Shown here piece by piece: positions 37,365-46,006 of a stretch of DNA of 64,000 nt; positions within the stretch are counted from its first letter, which is position 1; each line of letters starts with the position of its first letter. The notes under the pieces were generated by a model. It made no database searches. It was not told the origin of the DNA and saw only the letters and a list, made by a program, of their open reading frames with translations. The stretch is from Rhodospirillaceae bacterium (lineage in GTDB: Bacteria > Pseudomonadota > Alphaproteobacteria > Rhodospirillales > Casp-alpha2): assembly GCA_018698795.1 (NCBI GenBank), contig JABIPG010000104.1, forward strand, positions 8,011 to 72,010. Direction: 5' to 3'. Made by a program: the position numbers and the translations under genes.

Positions 37365-37793
37365 ATGTCGAAACTTACCCTTGATCACGCCAACACCATC
37401 GTCAGCGCCGCCTTGGCGAAAGGAACGGAACTGGGGCTGCAGCCGCTGACCGTTGTCGTGCTCGATGCCGGCGGCCACTACTTGGCGCTCAATCGACAGG
37501 ATGGGTCCGGTATCGTGCGGGTTGAGGTGGCCACCGGCAAAGCGTGGATTTCTCTGGGGACCGGCGCGCCGTCCGGCAAGCTCGACGCCCGCGACATCAA
37601 ATTCCTCAGCGCCCTCAACGGCGCGGCGTCGGGCCGTGCTGTGCCGGTGCCCGGCGGCGTATTGATCCGCGATCCGGATACGAATGCGATTATCGGTGCG
37701 GTTGGTGTTAGTGGCGACGTGTCGGAACAAGATGAGGCCTGCGCCGTTGCTGGCATCGAAGCCACCGGCCTGACGGCTCAGGGCAGCGTCTAA
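37365..37793 (+). CDS. GlcG/HbpS-family (DUF336) heme-binding protein
   Basis: 142 aa. GAVGVSGDVSEQDEACA motif typical of GlcG-like proteins. Confidence 0.8.
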   Translation: MSKLTLDHANTIVSAALAKGTELGLQPLTVVVLDAGGHYLALNRQDGSGIVRVEVATGKAWISLGTGAPSGKLDARDIKFLSALNGAASGRAVPVPGGVLIRDPDTNAIIGAVGVSGDVSEQDEACAVAGIEATGLTAQGSV

Positions 37794-37865
37794 CATCATC
37801 GGCGATTCACCAAATGGCAATCTTTGCGGCCTATATGTGGACCATGACATATAGGAGAGAAAGCA

Positions 37866-38078
37866 ATGCGCTATGTCGTAAGGTGCGACACCTTGGCCGG
37901 CAAGTGGCTGGTTGTTGATACGTTGACGGTGGAACAGACCGTCGGTTGCCATGAGCGCCAAGCCGGGGCGGTTTTTCAGGCTGAGTCAGAAGAGCGCCGG
38001 TGGCGGCGCTTCGGCGCGGGGACGGAGAATTTCGCTCTCATGTCCCCGGACGCCGATAGCTGTTCGTCCGCCAATTGA
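37866..38078 (+). CDS. Hypothetical small protein (70 aa)
   Basis: ORF with a plausible RBS (AGGAGAGAAAGCA-ATG). No recognisable motif. Confidence 0.3.
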   Translation: MRYVVRCDTLAGKWLVVDTLTVEQTVGCHERQAGAVFQAESEERRWRRFGAGTENFALMSPDADSCSSAN

Positions 38079-38079
38079 T

Positions 38080-38682
38080 TTAGGCGGTTTTCCGGAACAC
38101 GACAGAGAGGTTGTTGGCCGGCATTTCGATGGTTGTTTCCAGGTTCAGGCCGTGTTCGGCGGCTGTATGCGCAACTTCATTCAAATCACGCACGCCCCAG
38201 GACGGGTCTCGAGATTTCAGGCTGGCATCGAACTGGGCGTTGCTTTCGGCGGTGTGAACGCCGTCAATTCGAAACGGGCCGTAAAGATACAAGATGCCGT
38301 CTGTATTCAACACGCGCTCCGCGCCGGCCAACAGACCGCGGCCCGCCTCCCATGGCGCGATGTGGATCATGTTGGCGCAGAGTACGGCGTCGGCGGCGTG
38401 CAGCGGCCACGGATCGTCCGTTGCGTCCAGCCCGACCGGATCGAGAACGTTTGCCAAATCGGCGGTCCATGCCGTGATCGAGCGGCGATGGTCAGGATCA
38501 AGATCAGTGGGTTGCCATGTCAGCTCTGGAAACTGCTGGGCAAAATGCGCCACGTGCTGGCCCGACCCGGATGCGATTTCCAGCACGGTGCCTTGCTGCG
38601 GCAAAACCCGGCGCAGCACGCCTAGGATCGGCTCGGCGTTGCGTCCGGTGGCGGGGAAGTCGAGGCGGTCATCGGTACTCAT
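38080..38682 (-). CDS. DUF938-family SAM-dependent methyltransferase-like protein
   Basis: PATGRNAEPILGVLRRVLP..GTVLEIASGSGQHVAHFA...WQPTD motif. Started at the internal ATG 38682. Confidence 0.8.
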   Translation of the reverse strand: MSTDDRLDFPATGRNAEPILGVLRRVLPQQGTVLEIASGSGQHVAHFAQQFPELTWQPTDLDPDHRRSITAWTADLANVLDPVGLDATDDPWPLHAADAVLCANMIHIAPWEAGRGLLAGAERVLNTDGILYLYGPFRIDGVHTAESNAQFDASLKSRDPSWGVRDLNEVAHTAAEHGLNLETTIEMPANNLSVVFRKTA

Positions 38683-38788
38683 GACCAACAGGTAATGAAC
38701 GTGCCCCGGCTGTGCAAGAGTATACCCGCAGTTCACTTGCGGTTTTCGCGGGGTTGCGGGCTGCATTTGCCTGTGATACGCAGCGATC

Positions 38789-39250
38789 ATGATCGATAAA
38801 ATTAAAGCCATGATGTTCAAGCGCGATGAACCGGTGCCGCCCGAGGACAAAATCCCCGCCGCGGCCGCCGCGTTGCTGATCGAGTCTGCCGTGCTTGATG
38901 GTGAGTTTGATGCTGCAGAGCGTGAAACCATTGCCGAGTTGTTGGGCGAGCGGTTTGCGCTTCCCGCCGCCGAGGTGGCGAGCTTGATCGAGGAAGGCGA
39001 GGTGGCGGTCGCCGACTCCGTTGAGCTCTACTCCATCACTCGCACGCTCAAGGACGGCCTTGACCCTGAAGAGCGTCTAGAGCTGATGGAAATGCTGTGG
39101 CAGGTGGTCTATGCCGACGGCGTTGTGCATGATTACGAAGCAAATCTGGTGCGTCGCGTTGCCGGCCTGTTGCATGTGCCCGACAAAGAGGTTGGGCTGG
39201 CACGGAAAAACGCGTTGCAACGGCTGGACATTGCGCCTTCGCCAGCGTAA
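38789..39250 (+). CDS. TerB-family (tellurite-resistance-like) protein
   Basis: AAALLIESAVLDGEFDAAERETI...LWQVVYADGVVHDYEANLVRRVAGLLHV pattern of TerB-like domains. Confidence 0.7.
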   Translation: MIDKIKAMMFKRDEPVPPEDKIPAAAAALLIESAVLDGEFDAAERETIAELLGERFALPAAEVASLIEEGEVAVADSVELYSITRTLKDGLDPEERLELMEMLWQVVYADGVVHDYEANLVRRVAGLLHVPDKEVGLARKNALQRLDIAPSPA

Positions 39251-39312
39251 ACCGGCTGTCGGGCGTCGTGCCCAAACGAATTATTTGAGATGCCAAACGA
39301 CCGGAGATCAAG

Positions 39313-39648
39313 ATGACCTATATCGTCGTAGAGAACTGCATCAAGTGTAAATTCCAGGACTGCGTAGAAGTCTGTCCTGTGGATTGCTTTTACGAAGGCG
39401 AAAATATGCTCGTCATTCATCCGGACGAATGCATTGATTGCGGTGTCTGTGAACCCGAATGCCCGGCGGAAGCCATTTTGCCCGATACCGAGCCAGGCAT
39501 TGAGAAATGGCTGGAGCTCAACACCAAATACGCCTCTGAATGGCCGAACATCACCCGTAAGGGCGAAGAGCCGGCCGACGCCAACGAATGGAAAGACAAG
39601 CCCGGCAAGGAAGAGCAGTTCAGCCCCAATCCGGGCGCTGGAGACTGA
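39313..39648 (+). CDS. fdxA: 7Fe ferredoxin FdxA ([3Fe-4S][4Fe-4S])
   Basis: [29 protein letters not shown]...[12 protein letters not shown] cluster motifs. Confidence 0.9.
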   Translation: MTYIVVENCIKCKFQDCVEVCPVDCFYEGENMLVIHPDECIDCGVCEPECPAEAILPDTEPGIEKWLELNTKYASEWPNITRKGEEPADANEWKDKPGKEEQFSPNPGAGD

Positions 39649-39682
39649 CGGAAAATCCAGTCCTCCGGGCGGTCTTTTTTTT
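39640..39682 (+). terminator. Possible terminator after fdxA (imperfect stem plus T8)
   Basis: GGAGACTG / CAGT(C)CTCC bulged stem, then 8 nt, then TTTTTTTT (39675-39682). The geometry is not ideal. Confidence 0.35.
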
Positions 39683-39808
39683 CCCGGAAAATTGTGATAC
39701 GTTACTGACAATACCGGTTGTGCAGGCACAGCCGGTATTGCGTTGTCCGACCGTTGCCGCGAATTGGCGCCGGGGCGGGCTTTTTTGCTGATTGGAGACG
39801 AGTTAAAA

Positions 39809-40306
39809 ATGGCTAAGGCCCCGACTTACAAGGCTGGTGATTTCGTCGTCTACCCAACACATGGGGTAGGCAAAGTTATCGGTGTCGAAAAGCAGGAAAT
39901 CGCCGGTCACAAGCTGGAATTGGTGATCATCACTTTCGATCGTGATCGCATGACGCTGCGCGTTCCGCTCGATAAGGCGCCGACCTCCGGCCTGCGCAAA
40001 CTGTCGTCGCGGAAAATCATGGACGATGCCCTGACGACCCTTAAGGGCCGCGCCCGGGTGAAGCGCACCATGTGGAGCCGCCGCGCCCAGGAATATGAGG
40101 CCAAGATCAACTCCGGCGACCCGATACAGATTGCCGAGGTCGTGCGCGACCTGCATCGCAATGTGGGTCAGCCCGATCAGTCGTTTTCGGAACGCCAGAT
40201 CTATGAGGCCGCGCGTGATCGTTTGGCCAGCGAACTGGCGGCGGTTGAAAAAACCGAGGTCGATGTGGCGACCGAAAAGCTGGAAAAAGTTCTGCAGGCC
40301 GCGTAG
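39809..40306 (+). CDS. carD: CarD-family RNA-polymerase-binding transcriptional regulator
   Basis: FKAGDFVVYPTHGVGKVIGVEKQEIAG... N-terminal Tudor-like domain. Started at ATG 39809. Confidence 0.9.
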   Translation: MAKAPTYKAGDFVVYPTHGVGKVIGVEKQEIAGHKLELVIITFDRDRMTLRVPLDKAPTSGLRKLSSRKIMDDALTTLKGRARVKRTMWSRRAQEYEAKINSGDPIQIAEVVRDLHRNVGQPDQSFSERQIYEAARDRLASELAAVEKTEVDVATEKLEKVLQAA

Positions 40307-40325
40307 CGCGCGACTTAGGCCCGCA

Positions 40326-40409
40326 CTCGGTTTTTGCACGGGGATTTCTACGCTGGGTTTTCTGCGCTGGGCTTTCTGCTCTGGGTTTTTGCACCGGGTT
40401 TTTTTGGCG
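40326..40409. repeat. Degenerate ~14-nt tandem repeat x6 (CTGGGYTTTYTGCN-like)
   Basis: Units CTCGGTTTTTGCAC / GGGGATTTCTACG / CTGGGTTTTCTGCG / CTGGGCTTTCTGCT / CTGGGTTTTTGCAC / CGGGTTTTTTTGGCG. They fill the spacer between the convergent carD (TAG 40306) and M48 protease (TAA 40411) stops. Confidence 0.85.
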
Positions 40410-40410
40410 C

Positions 40411-41895
40411 TTATTCCACAACAAGCTTGATTTGTTGACCGGGGCGCGGGCTTTCGCCGACGTTCAGGTTGTTCAACAGCCGGAACCATTCGCGCTGGAA
40501 ACGCTCAAACGGAAAGCGCGCTGCCAATTCGGTTGCGGTTTCGCCGGCTTTGACGGGCCGCACTTCCAGCCTCAGCGGCTGAATGGCATCGGCTTGCGCC
40601 TGACTTAACCGACGGAAGCTGTATGTGGTGCGCCGAAGCTCCACATTCAGCCGCTGCATTTCCGATGGCTTGGCGATAAAGGCGAAGCGGTAGATGCGCT
40701 CAGGGCGCTCGCGGACCACCAACAGGCGAACATCACGCGTGCCGTTGGCATCTGAAATGCGCGCTTGGCCGGTTGCCGCCGGCATGCCGTTGACGTCCAA
40801 GGTCTCTACGCCGCTGATTTTAAGATTGCGCCCCCATACGCCGCTCAAATAGGCGCGGAGATCGCGGGCTTTCTTGGCGTCCTTCGGGTTCGCCATGTCG
40901 AAGATGACCCGCGACCGTTCGGGCCCGAAGGCGACCACTTGTTTGGTCGAGTTGAACAACACAAACTTGGGCGGGACGGTGAACGTGATCTTCAGTTTCG
41001 GGTGCGTGAACGTCCGTCCTTTGCGCACGCCCTGGGATGGGTCGTCGCCGAACACCATGCCGTCAATTTGCTTCAGGAAAGCTTCGCGCTGGACAATGGG
41101 ATTGGTAACCGCCTTGGTCTTCGCCAGCTCCATGGCCTGACGGATACGATCTTCCGTGCGCGGGTGGGTCGACATGATATTGTGGCTGACGCCATCTTTG
41201 CCCTGCTGGCGGGCCTCCAGGTCCGAGTGCGCTTTCAGTTTTCGGAAGAAACTGGTGGCGGCGCTGGGGTCGTAGCCGATGCGTGCCATGTAGCGCATAC
41301 CCAGCATATCGGCTTCCAGCTCTTGGCCCTGCGAATACTGCTGCATGGCCACTTGCGCGCCGGAGGAGATGATCTGCCCGACACCGGACGGCACACCCAG
41401 CACGCTGCCTAAAATACTTAATCCCGTAAGGCCAAGGTTGGTGGCCATAGTGGTGGAGTACCGCTGGGCGGCGTGCCGCGCGGTCACATGACCGATCTCG
41501 TGCGCCAGCACGCCGGCCATCTCGGCTTCGTTGTCGGCAATGGCGAGCAGGCCGCGCGTGATATAAACGTAGCCACCCGGCAACGCGAAGGCGTTAACGG
41601 CGTGATCGTTGAGCACCGTGAACTGCCAGGGAATGGCAGGCAGCTCGGAAACGGCGGCAAGTTTTTTCCCGACATCACGCACGTAGGCTTCCAGCTCGGG
41701 CGATTTATATGGCCCGCCCAGATCCTTGGTGATTTTCTTGTCTTCTTCGGCGCCGATGCGGGCTTCGTCTTCCGGCGACATGAAGGCCGTGAAGCTTTGG
41801 TTGCCGGTTGCCGGATTGGTGCTGCAGCCGGGCAGCGCCAACAGCAATAGGGCAACGATGCCAAGCCAGGCCGGGTTTGGTCGGTTACATATCAT
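40411..41895 (-). CDS. M48-family Zn metalloprotease lipoprotein with C-terminal LysM domain
   Basis: Lipobox LLALPGCS, HEIGHVTARH zinc motif, C-terminal LysM-like segment (VKAGETATELAARF...NNLNVGESPRPGQQIKLV). Confidence 0.85.
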   Translation of the reverse strand: MICNRPNPAWLGIVALLLLALPGCSTNPATGNQSFTAFMSPEDEARIGAEEDKKITKDLGGPYKSPELEAYVRDVGKKLAAVSELPAIPWQFTVLNDHAVNAFALPGGYVYITRGLLAIADNEAEMAGVLAHEIGHVTARHAAQRYSTTMATNLGLTGLSILGSVLGVPSGVGQIISSGAQVAMQQYSQGQELEADMLGMRYMARIGYDPSAATSFFRKLKAHSDLEARQQGKDGVSHNIMSTHPRTEDRIRQAMELAKTKAVTNPIVQREAFLKQIDGMVFGDDPSQGVRKGRTFTHPKLKITFTVPPKFVLFNSTKQVVAFGPERSRVIFDMANPKDAKKARDLRAYLSGVWGRNLKISGVETLDVNGMPAATGQARISDANGTRDVRLLVVRERPERIYRFAFIAKPSEMQRLNVELRRTTYSFRRLSQAQADAIQPLRLEVRPVKAGETATELAARFPFERFQREWFRLLNNLNVGESPRPGQQIKLVVE

Positions 41896-42011
41896 GCGGC
41901 GATTATGGAATGAGAGCGAGGAACGGGCAAGAAAAGTGCACGATAAATGCTTTCGACGCGGACGGGTGCAGTCAGGCTGGCGCGCTTCGGCGTTTGCCTT
42001 ATGATGGCGCC

Positions 42012-42944
42012 ATGTCCCGCGCTCACACCATCCACGCTTCCCGATCTAAATTCTTTGTGAGATGGCATCGGCTTTCACCCAACGTCCGCGGCATGTTGTT
42101 GATGGCGGTATTCGGGTGCGTCGTATCGGTGTCGCACACCATGGTGCGGGCCCTCAGTACAGAAATCCACTCGATGGAGATTGCGCTGTTCCGGACGGTT
42201 GTTCCGTTGGTGTTTCTGATTCCCATGCTGATCCGACAAAGCAGCCGAACCGGCGAGAGCTGGTGGCGCACGACGCGGCCCGGCTTGCAACTGCTGCGTG
42301 GCTTGTTCGGCGGCGCGTCCATGATGGCGTGGTTTTATACGCTGTCGTTGATCCCGGTGGCGGATGCCACCGCGCTCAGTTTTACAGTGGTGATTTTCGC
42401 CGCCGTCGGTGCCGCCCTTATCCTTAGAGAGAAAGTCGGCATCCGGCGTTGGAGCGCCATCGCCATCGGCGTCCTCGGCACCGTGGTTATTCTCAGGCCG
42501 GGCGCTCAGGCCATCAGTTTGGGTGCAGTCACGGCTATTTTTGCTTCCATCACCTGGGCAGCGGCTGTGTTGACGGTGAAGGTTTTGTCGCGGAGTGATT
42601 CGCCGACAACCATCGTGTTCTACTCGTCGGTCACGTTTACGGCATTGGCGATTGGCCCGGCGGCGTATTTCTGGACCTGGCCGACGTGGGAGCAGGTCGT
42701 CATGCTGGTGTCCATCGGGCTGCTGGCGCTGGTGGCACAAATGTCCATGACCACGGCGATGCGCGACGCCGATACCACTGCTGTCATGCCGATGGATTTC
42801 ACCCGCCTGATCTGGGCGTCGGTGATTGGCTATCTGTGGTTTGGCGAGTTCCCAGATCTTTGGACCTGGGTCGGTGGCGGCATTGTGTTCGCATCCACGC
42901 TCTACATCACCTACCGCGAAAGCCGGGCGAAACAGGCCGCCTAG
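42012..42944 (+). CDS. DMT-superfamily (EamA-like) transporter
   Basis: About 10 TM segments. Started at ATG 42012; the longer ORF-track start overlaps the divergent protease gene. Confidence 0.8.
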   Translation: MSRAHTIHASRSKFFVRWHRLSPNVRGMLLMAVFGCVVSVSHTMVRALSTEIHSMEIALFRTVVPLVFLIPMLIRQSSRTGESWWRTTRPGLQLLRGLFGGASMMAWFYTLSLIPVADATALSFTVVIFAAVGAALILREKVGIRRWSAIAIGVLGTVVILRPGAQAISLGAVTAIFASITWAAAVLTVKVLSRSDSPTTIVFYSSVTFTALAIGPAAYFWTWPTWEQVVMLVSIGLLALVAQMSMTTAMRDADTTAVMPMDFTRLIWASVIGYLWFGEFPDLWTWVGGGIVFASTLYITYRESRAKQAA

Positions 42945-42986
42945 CGGCAACGGGTGTGTAACGGATGTCCGGCGCCGCGTTTAAAC

Positions 42987-43541
42987 TCATTCGGGGCTTT
43001 TTTGCTTTTCATAGAATGCCGAGCGTTGCGCGGCATCCATAACAATGTCTTCAGTGACCTCGATGCCGAGTAAATACCATTCCTTCGATCCATCTTCGTA
43101 CTCAATGGCTGGTCCGTCTTCGCGGTGCAGAAAGCCCTTTACCCACCATTGGCTGATTTCTTCTTCATCCACTACGGCCGGACCGTCTTCACGATGTCGC
43201 AGGCCGTCCACCCACCACTGTTTGACGCCGTCATACCTAACAACAGCCGGTCCATCTTCGCGGTGATATGCGCCGTGCTGGTGCCACTCTTGGGTTCCGT
43301 CAGCTTCAATAACGGCGGGTCCGTCTTCGCGGTGCAATTCTCCATGCACCCACCATTCTTTCGTTCCGTCCGGATGTTCGACGGCGGGCCCGTCCAAGCG
43401 ATGCTGTTTTCCATTCAAAAACCAACCTTTTGCACCATCAGGCAGTTCAACGGCGGGTCCGTCCTCACGATGCAGTTCGCCCTTGAGCCGCCATTCGACC
43501 GCCCCGTCTTCTTGTGTTGTCTTCTCTGGTTCGTCAGCCAT
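42987..43541 (-). CDS. Cytoplasmic repeat protein: 6.5 x 23-aa units DG-x-x-x-W-x-x-x-G-x-x-HREDGPAV (MORN-variant-like)
   Basis: Repeats read directly from the translation. No signal peptide. The 23-aa periodicity equals that of MORN repeats. Confidence 0.7.
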   Translation of the reverse strand: MADEPEKTTQEDGAVEWRLKGELHREDGPAVELPDGAKGWFLNGKQHRLDGPAVEHPDGTKEWWVHGELHREDGPAVIEADGTQEWHQHGAYHREDGPAVVRYDGVKQWWVDGLRHREDGPAVVDEEEISQWWVKGFLHREDGPAIEYEDGSKEWYLLGIEVTEDIVMDAAQRSAFYEKQKSPE

Positions 43542-43648
43542 GTTGAGATCCGTCGTGGGTTCTGGGAATTGCTGGGGAAAGGTATCACAGGGATTTCTGC
43601 TTACAATGCATGTGTATGCGAGGGGCCGGCTTGGAGAAGAGTCTTGGT

Positions 43649-43675
43649 CGCCGAGATCGCCGAGATCGCCGAGAT
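43649..43675. repeat. Perfect tandem repeat CGCCGAGAT x3 (9 nt)
   Basis: Read directly. Lies 8 nt downstream (minus strand) of the DMT gene TAA, upstream of the repeat-protein gene. Confidence 0.95.
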
Positions 43676-43682
43676 CTATGGC

Positions 43683-44609
43683 TTATGCTTCGCGTGCCCG
43701 ACGGCGCAGTTGCGCTTCGCGGCGCGAGATATAGAAGGTGGATGAGAATATCACCGCCGCGCCGACCCAGGTCCAGGTGTCGGAGACTTCGCCAAACGCC
43801 AGCCACCCAAACAGCGCAGAGAACGGCAGGCGCAGAAAATCGAACGGCAGCACAGCGGATGCGTCGGCGCAGCTGAAAGCCTTCACAAACATCAAGTGTC
43901 CCAACACCGCCGACAGTCCTAACGGCAGCAACCAGATCCAGAGTTCCGGCGCCGGCCATTGCCACACCGGCAGGGCTAGCAAAAACGATACCGGCGTGAT
44001 GAACAGGCCGACATAGAACACCACGACAAACGGGTCTTCGGTGCTCGACAGCTTTTTCACCACCAAGGTGGTGCAGGCCATGCAGCCGGCAAAAACCAGC
44101 GTTAGCCAATGGCCGGTTTCCAGCGTGGTCATGCCGGGGCGCAAAATAATCATGGCGCCGGCGAACCCGATCAACGTCGCCGCCCAGCGGCGCGCACGAA
44201 CGGTTTCGCCTAAAATCAGCGCCGCGCCGACAGTGGCGAAGATGGGGGCCAGAAAGCTCAGCGCCGTAACATCGGCCAGCGGGATCATCGACCAGGCATA
44301 GAACGACGAGACCATGGCGCCGCAGGTGAAACACGCGCGCAGCGCATGCAACTTGATCCGCTTGGTATGCAAGATGCCGACGCCATATTTGAACAACCAA
44401 GGCATCAACATGACCTGCGCGATAATCATGCGCAGAAACAGGATCATCATCGGGTCCATATGAAATGACAGATGGCGAATGATCGCCGCTAGCCCCGACA
44501 AGGTTGCGCAGGCCAAAGCCATCCATAAGGCGGCCTCGACGGATTTCGCGATGGGTGTGCCGGGGGATGGCCGAGGAGACGGGCGGGGGGTGGAGTTCAT
44601 GCGAGCCAC
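43683..44609 (-). CDS. DMT-superfamily (EamA-like) transporter
   Basis: 308 aa, 10 TM segments. Overlaps the upstream CoA-transferase gene by 13 nt, suggesting the same operon. Confidence 0.8.
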   Translation of the reverse strand: MARMNSTPRPSPRPSPGTPIAKSVEAALWMALACATLSGLAAIIRHLSFHMDPMMILFLRMIIAQVMLMPWLFKYGVGILHTKRIKLHALRACFTCGAMVSSFYAWSMIPLADVTALSFLAPIFATVGAALILGETVRARRWAATLIGFAGAMIILRPGMTTLETGHWLTLVFAGCMACTTLVVKKLSSTEDPFVVVFYVGLFITPVSFLLALPVWQWPAPELWIWLLPLGLSAVLGHLMFVKAFSCADASAVLPFDFLRLPFSALFGWLAFGEVSDTWTWVGAAVIFSSTFYISRREAQLRRRAREA

Positions 44610-45997
44610 GTGGCGTCATGAGTGCCGAGCGGCGCGGCGGGCCGTGCCCAGCGGGGAGGTGTGGCCGACATCTGCAGCACCGGCCCCAAATGGGTCACGC
44701 GGCCCCAGGCCGTATCGGAGCGCATGATCAGGTCGGCCACGTCTTCAATACTCAGCTCAAGCCCTTCCGGCGCATCGATGCGGCGCAGCGATTTCAGCCA
44801 ATGCGCCGTTTGTGCCAGAGACAGACGTACCAGCCAACTGCCGCCTTCACGCGCGCGCCGCTCAAGCGCCACCATGGCGCCAAAGGCGCCCAAATAGCCG
44901 GCCAGATAATCCAGCGCCTGGCCGGGTAGGTGCCGGGGCATGTGCCGGGGCATGGCGCCGCCACGATGTGTTCCTTGTTCATGCGCGATGCCGGTGGCGC
45001 ACTGAACCAAACTGTCATAGCCGCGCCGCGAGGCCCACGGCCCGGCGTGGCTCCATGCACTGAGGCTGACATAGACAATGCCGGGCCGGAGCGCTGCCAA
45101 ATCTTCGGGCCCAAAGCCCCGTGCCGCTAGGCTACCGGGCCGGTAGGACTGCGAAAACACATCGGCGCCGGCGGCCAATCGCCTCAGGGTGTCACAGCCC
45201 TCCTTGGTGCGAAGGTCGATCTCAGCGTTGCGTTTGCCATGACCCGACTCGATGACCAACTGTTCTAACGACGGCAGATGCGGTGCGCTGATCCGCAATA
45301 CATCGGCGCCGTGTTCGGCCAGTGTGCGCCCCGTCATGGGCCCGGCAATGACGCGGGTGAGATCGAGGGCGCGAATGCCGGACAGCGGCTGCGCGCCTTG
45401 AGCTAAAGGCTGCGGCGGTGCATCGCCGATGCGGGTGATTTCCATCAGCGGCAGCCCGGCTACGGCGGCGCCTTGCGGATGGGAGGCCCAAGCCAGGTTG
45501 TCGCGCATGACGAGGGCGGGCAGGCCGCGCGCCGCCAAAGCCTCTTCCAACTCAGGGCCGCTCCAGTTGGCGACGGCCGCCGATGCGTCATCGTCATCAC
45601 TGATGCCAAGCACATCGCGGACGCCGTCCTGGAAATGCGGAAATTCGCAATGCAACTGAATCCACCCACCATCCCGTGTTTGATGAAAGCCTGACAGGGC
45701 GCTTGAGAACATCGCGCTACTGTAGGCTGGGACCTGCAGGTAATGCGTGGTGCGCAATGCCGCCGCACCTCGGCGGGTATCGATGGAAACTTCTTGCCCA
45801 CTGTTGCCGCGCAGCCGCCAAAGATCAGCCGCCGCCAATCCCACCGCGCCCAGCGCCGCCGCACCGGCGGAACCCATAAGAAACCGCGTCGGCAAGATGG
45901 GGTCTTGGCCTTCGATGCGGATCTCGTCGGCGCGGGCCGGATCGATGCCGGCGGTCTCAAGAATGTGTTTGAGGGCGGATTTCGGCGATGCGGTCAT
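44597..45997 (-). CDS. Family III CoA-transferase (CaiB/BaiF-like)
   Basis: LSGIRALDLTRVIAGPMTGRTLAEHGADVLRI motif characteristic of family III CoA-transferases. Confidence 0.85.
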   Translation of the reverse strand: MTASPKSALKHILETAGIDPARADEIRIEGQDPILPTRFLMGSAGAAALGAVGLAAADLWRLRGNSGQEVSIDTRRGAAALRTTHYLQVPAYSSAMFSSALSGFHQTRDGGWIQLHCEFPHFQDGVRDVLGISDDDDASAAVANWSGPELEEALAARGLPALVMRDNLAWASHPQGAAVAGLPLMEITRIGDAPPQPLAQGAQPLSGIRALDLTRVIAGPMTGRTLAEHGADVLRISAPHLPSLEQLVIESGHGKRNAEIDLRTKEGCDTLRRLAAGADVFSQSYRPGSLAARGFGPEDLAALRPGIVYVSLSAWSHAGPWASRRGYDSLVQCATGIAHEQGTHRGGAMPRHMPRHLPGQALDYLAGYLGAFGAMVALERRAREGGSWLVRLSLAQTAHWLKSLRRIDAPEGLELSIEDVADLIMRSDTAWGRVTHLGPVLQMSATPPRWARPAAPLGTHDATWLA

Positions 45998-46006
45998 TCC
46001 GTGCCG

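Noticed and set aside
37866-38078. 70-aa ORF as a toxin/antitoxin or regulatory peptide
   Set aside because: It has no partner gene and no motif. It is retained only as a low-confidence hypothetical CDS.
34362-40306. Helicase / S4 / GlcG / DUF938 / TerB / fdxA / carD neighbourhood as a novel system
   Set aside because: As far as I recall, helicase-S4-fdxA-carD linkage is a common conserved housekeeping arrangement in Alphaproteobacteria. Nothing unusual is seen in the sequences.
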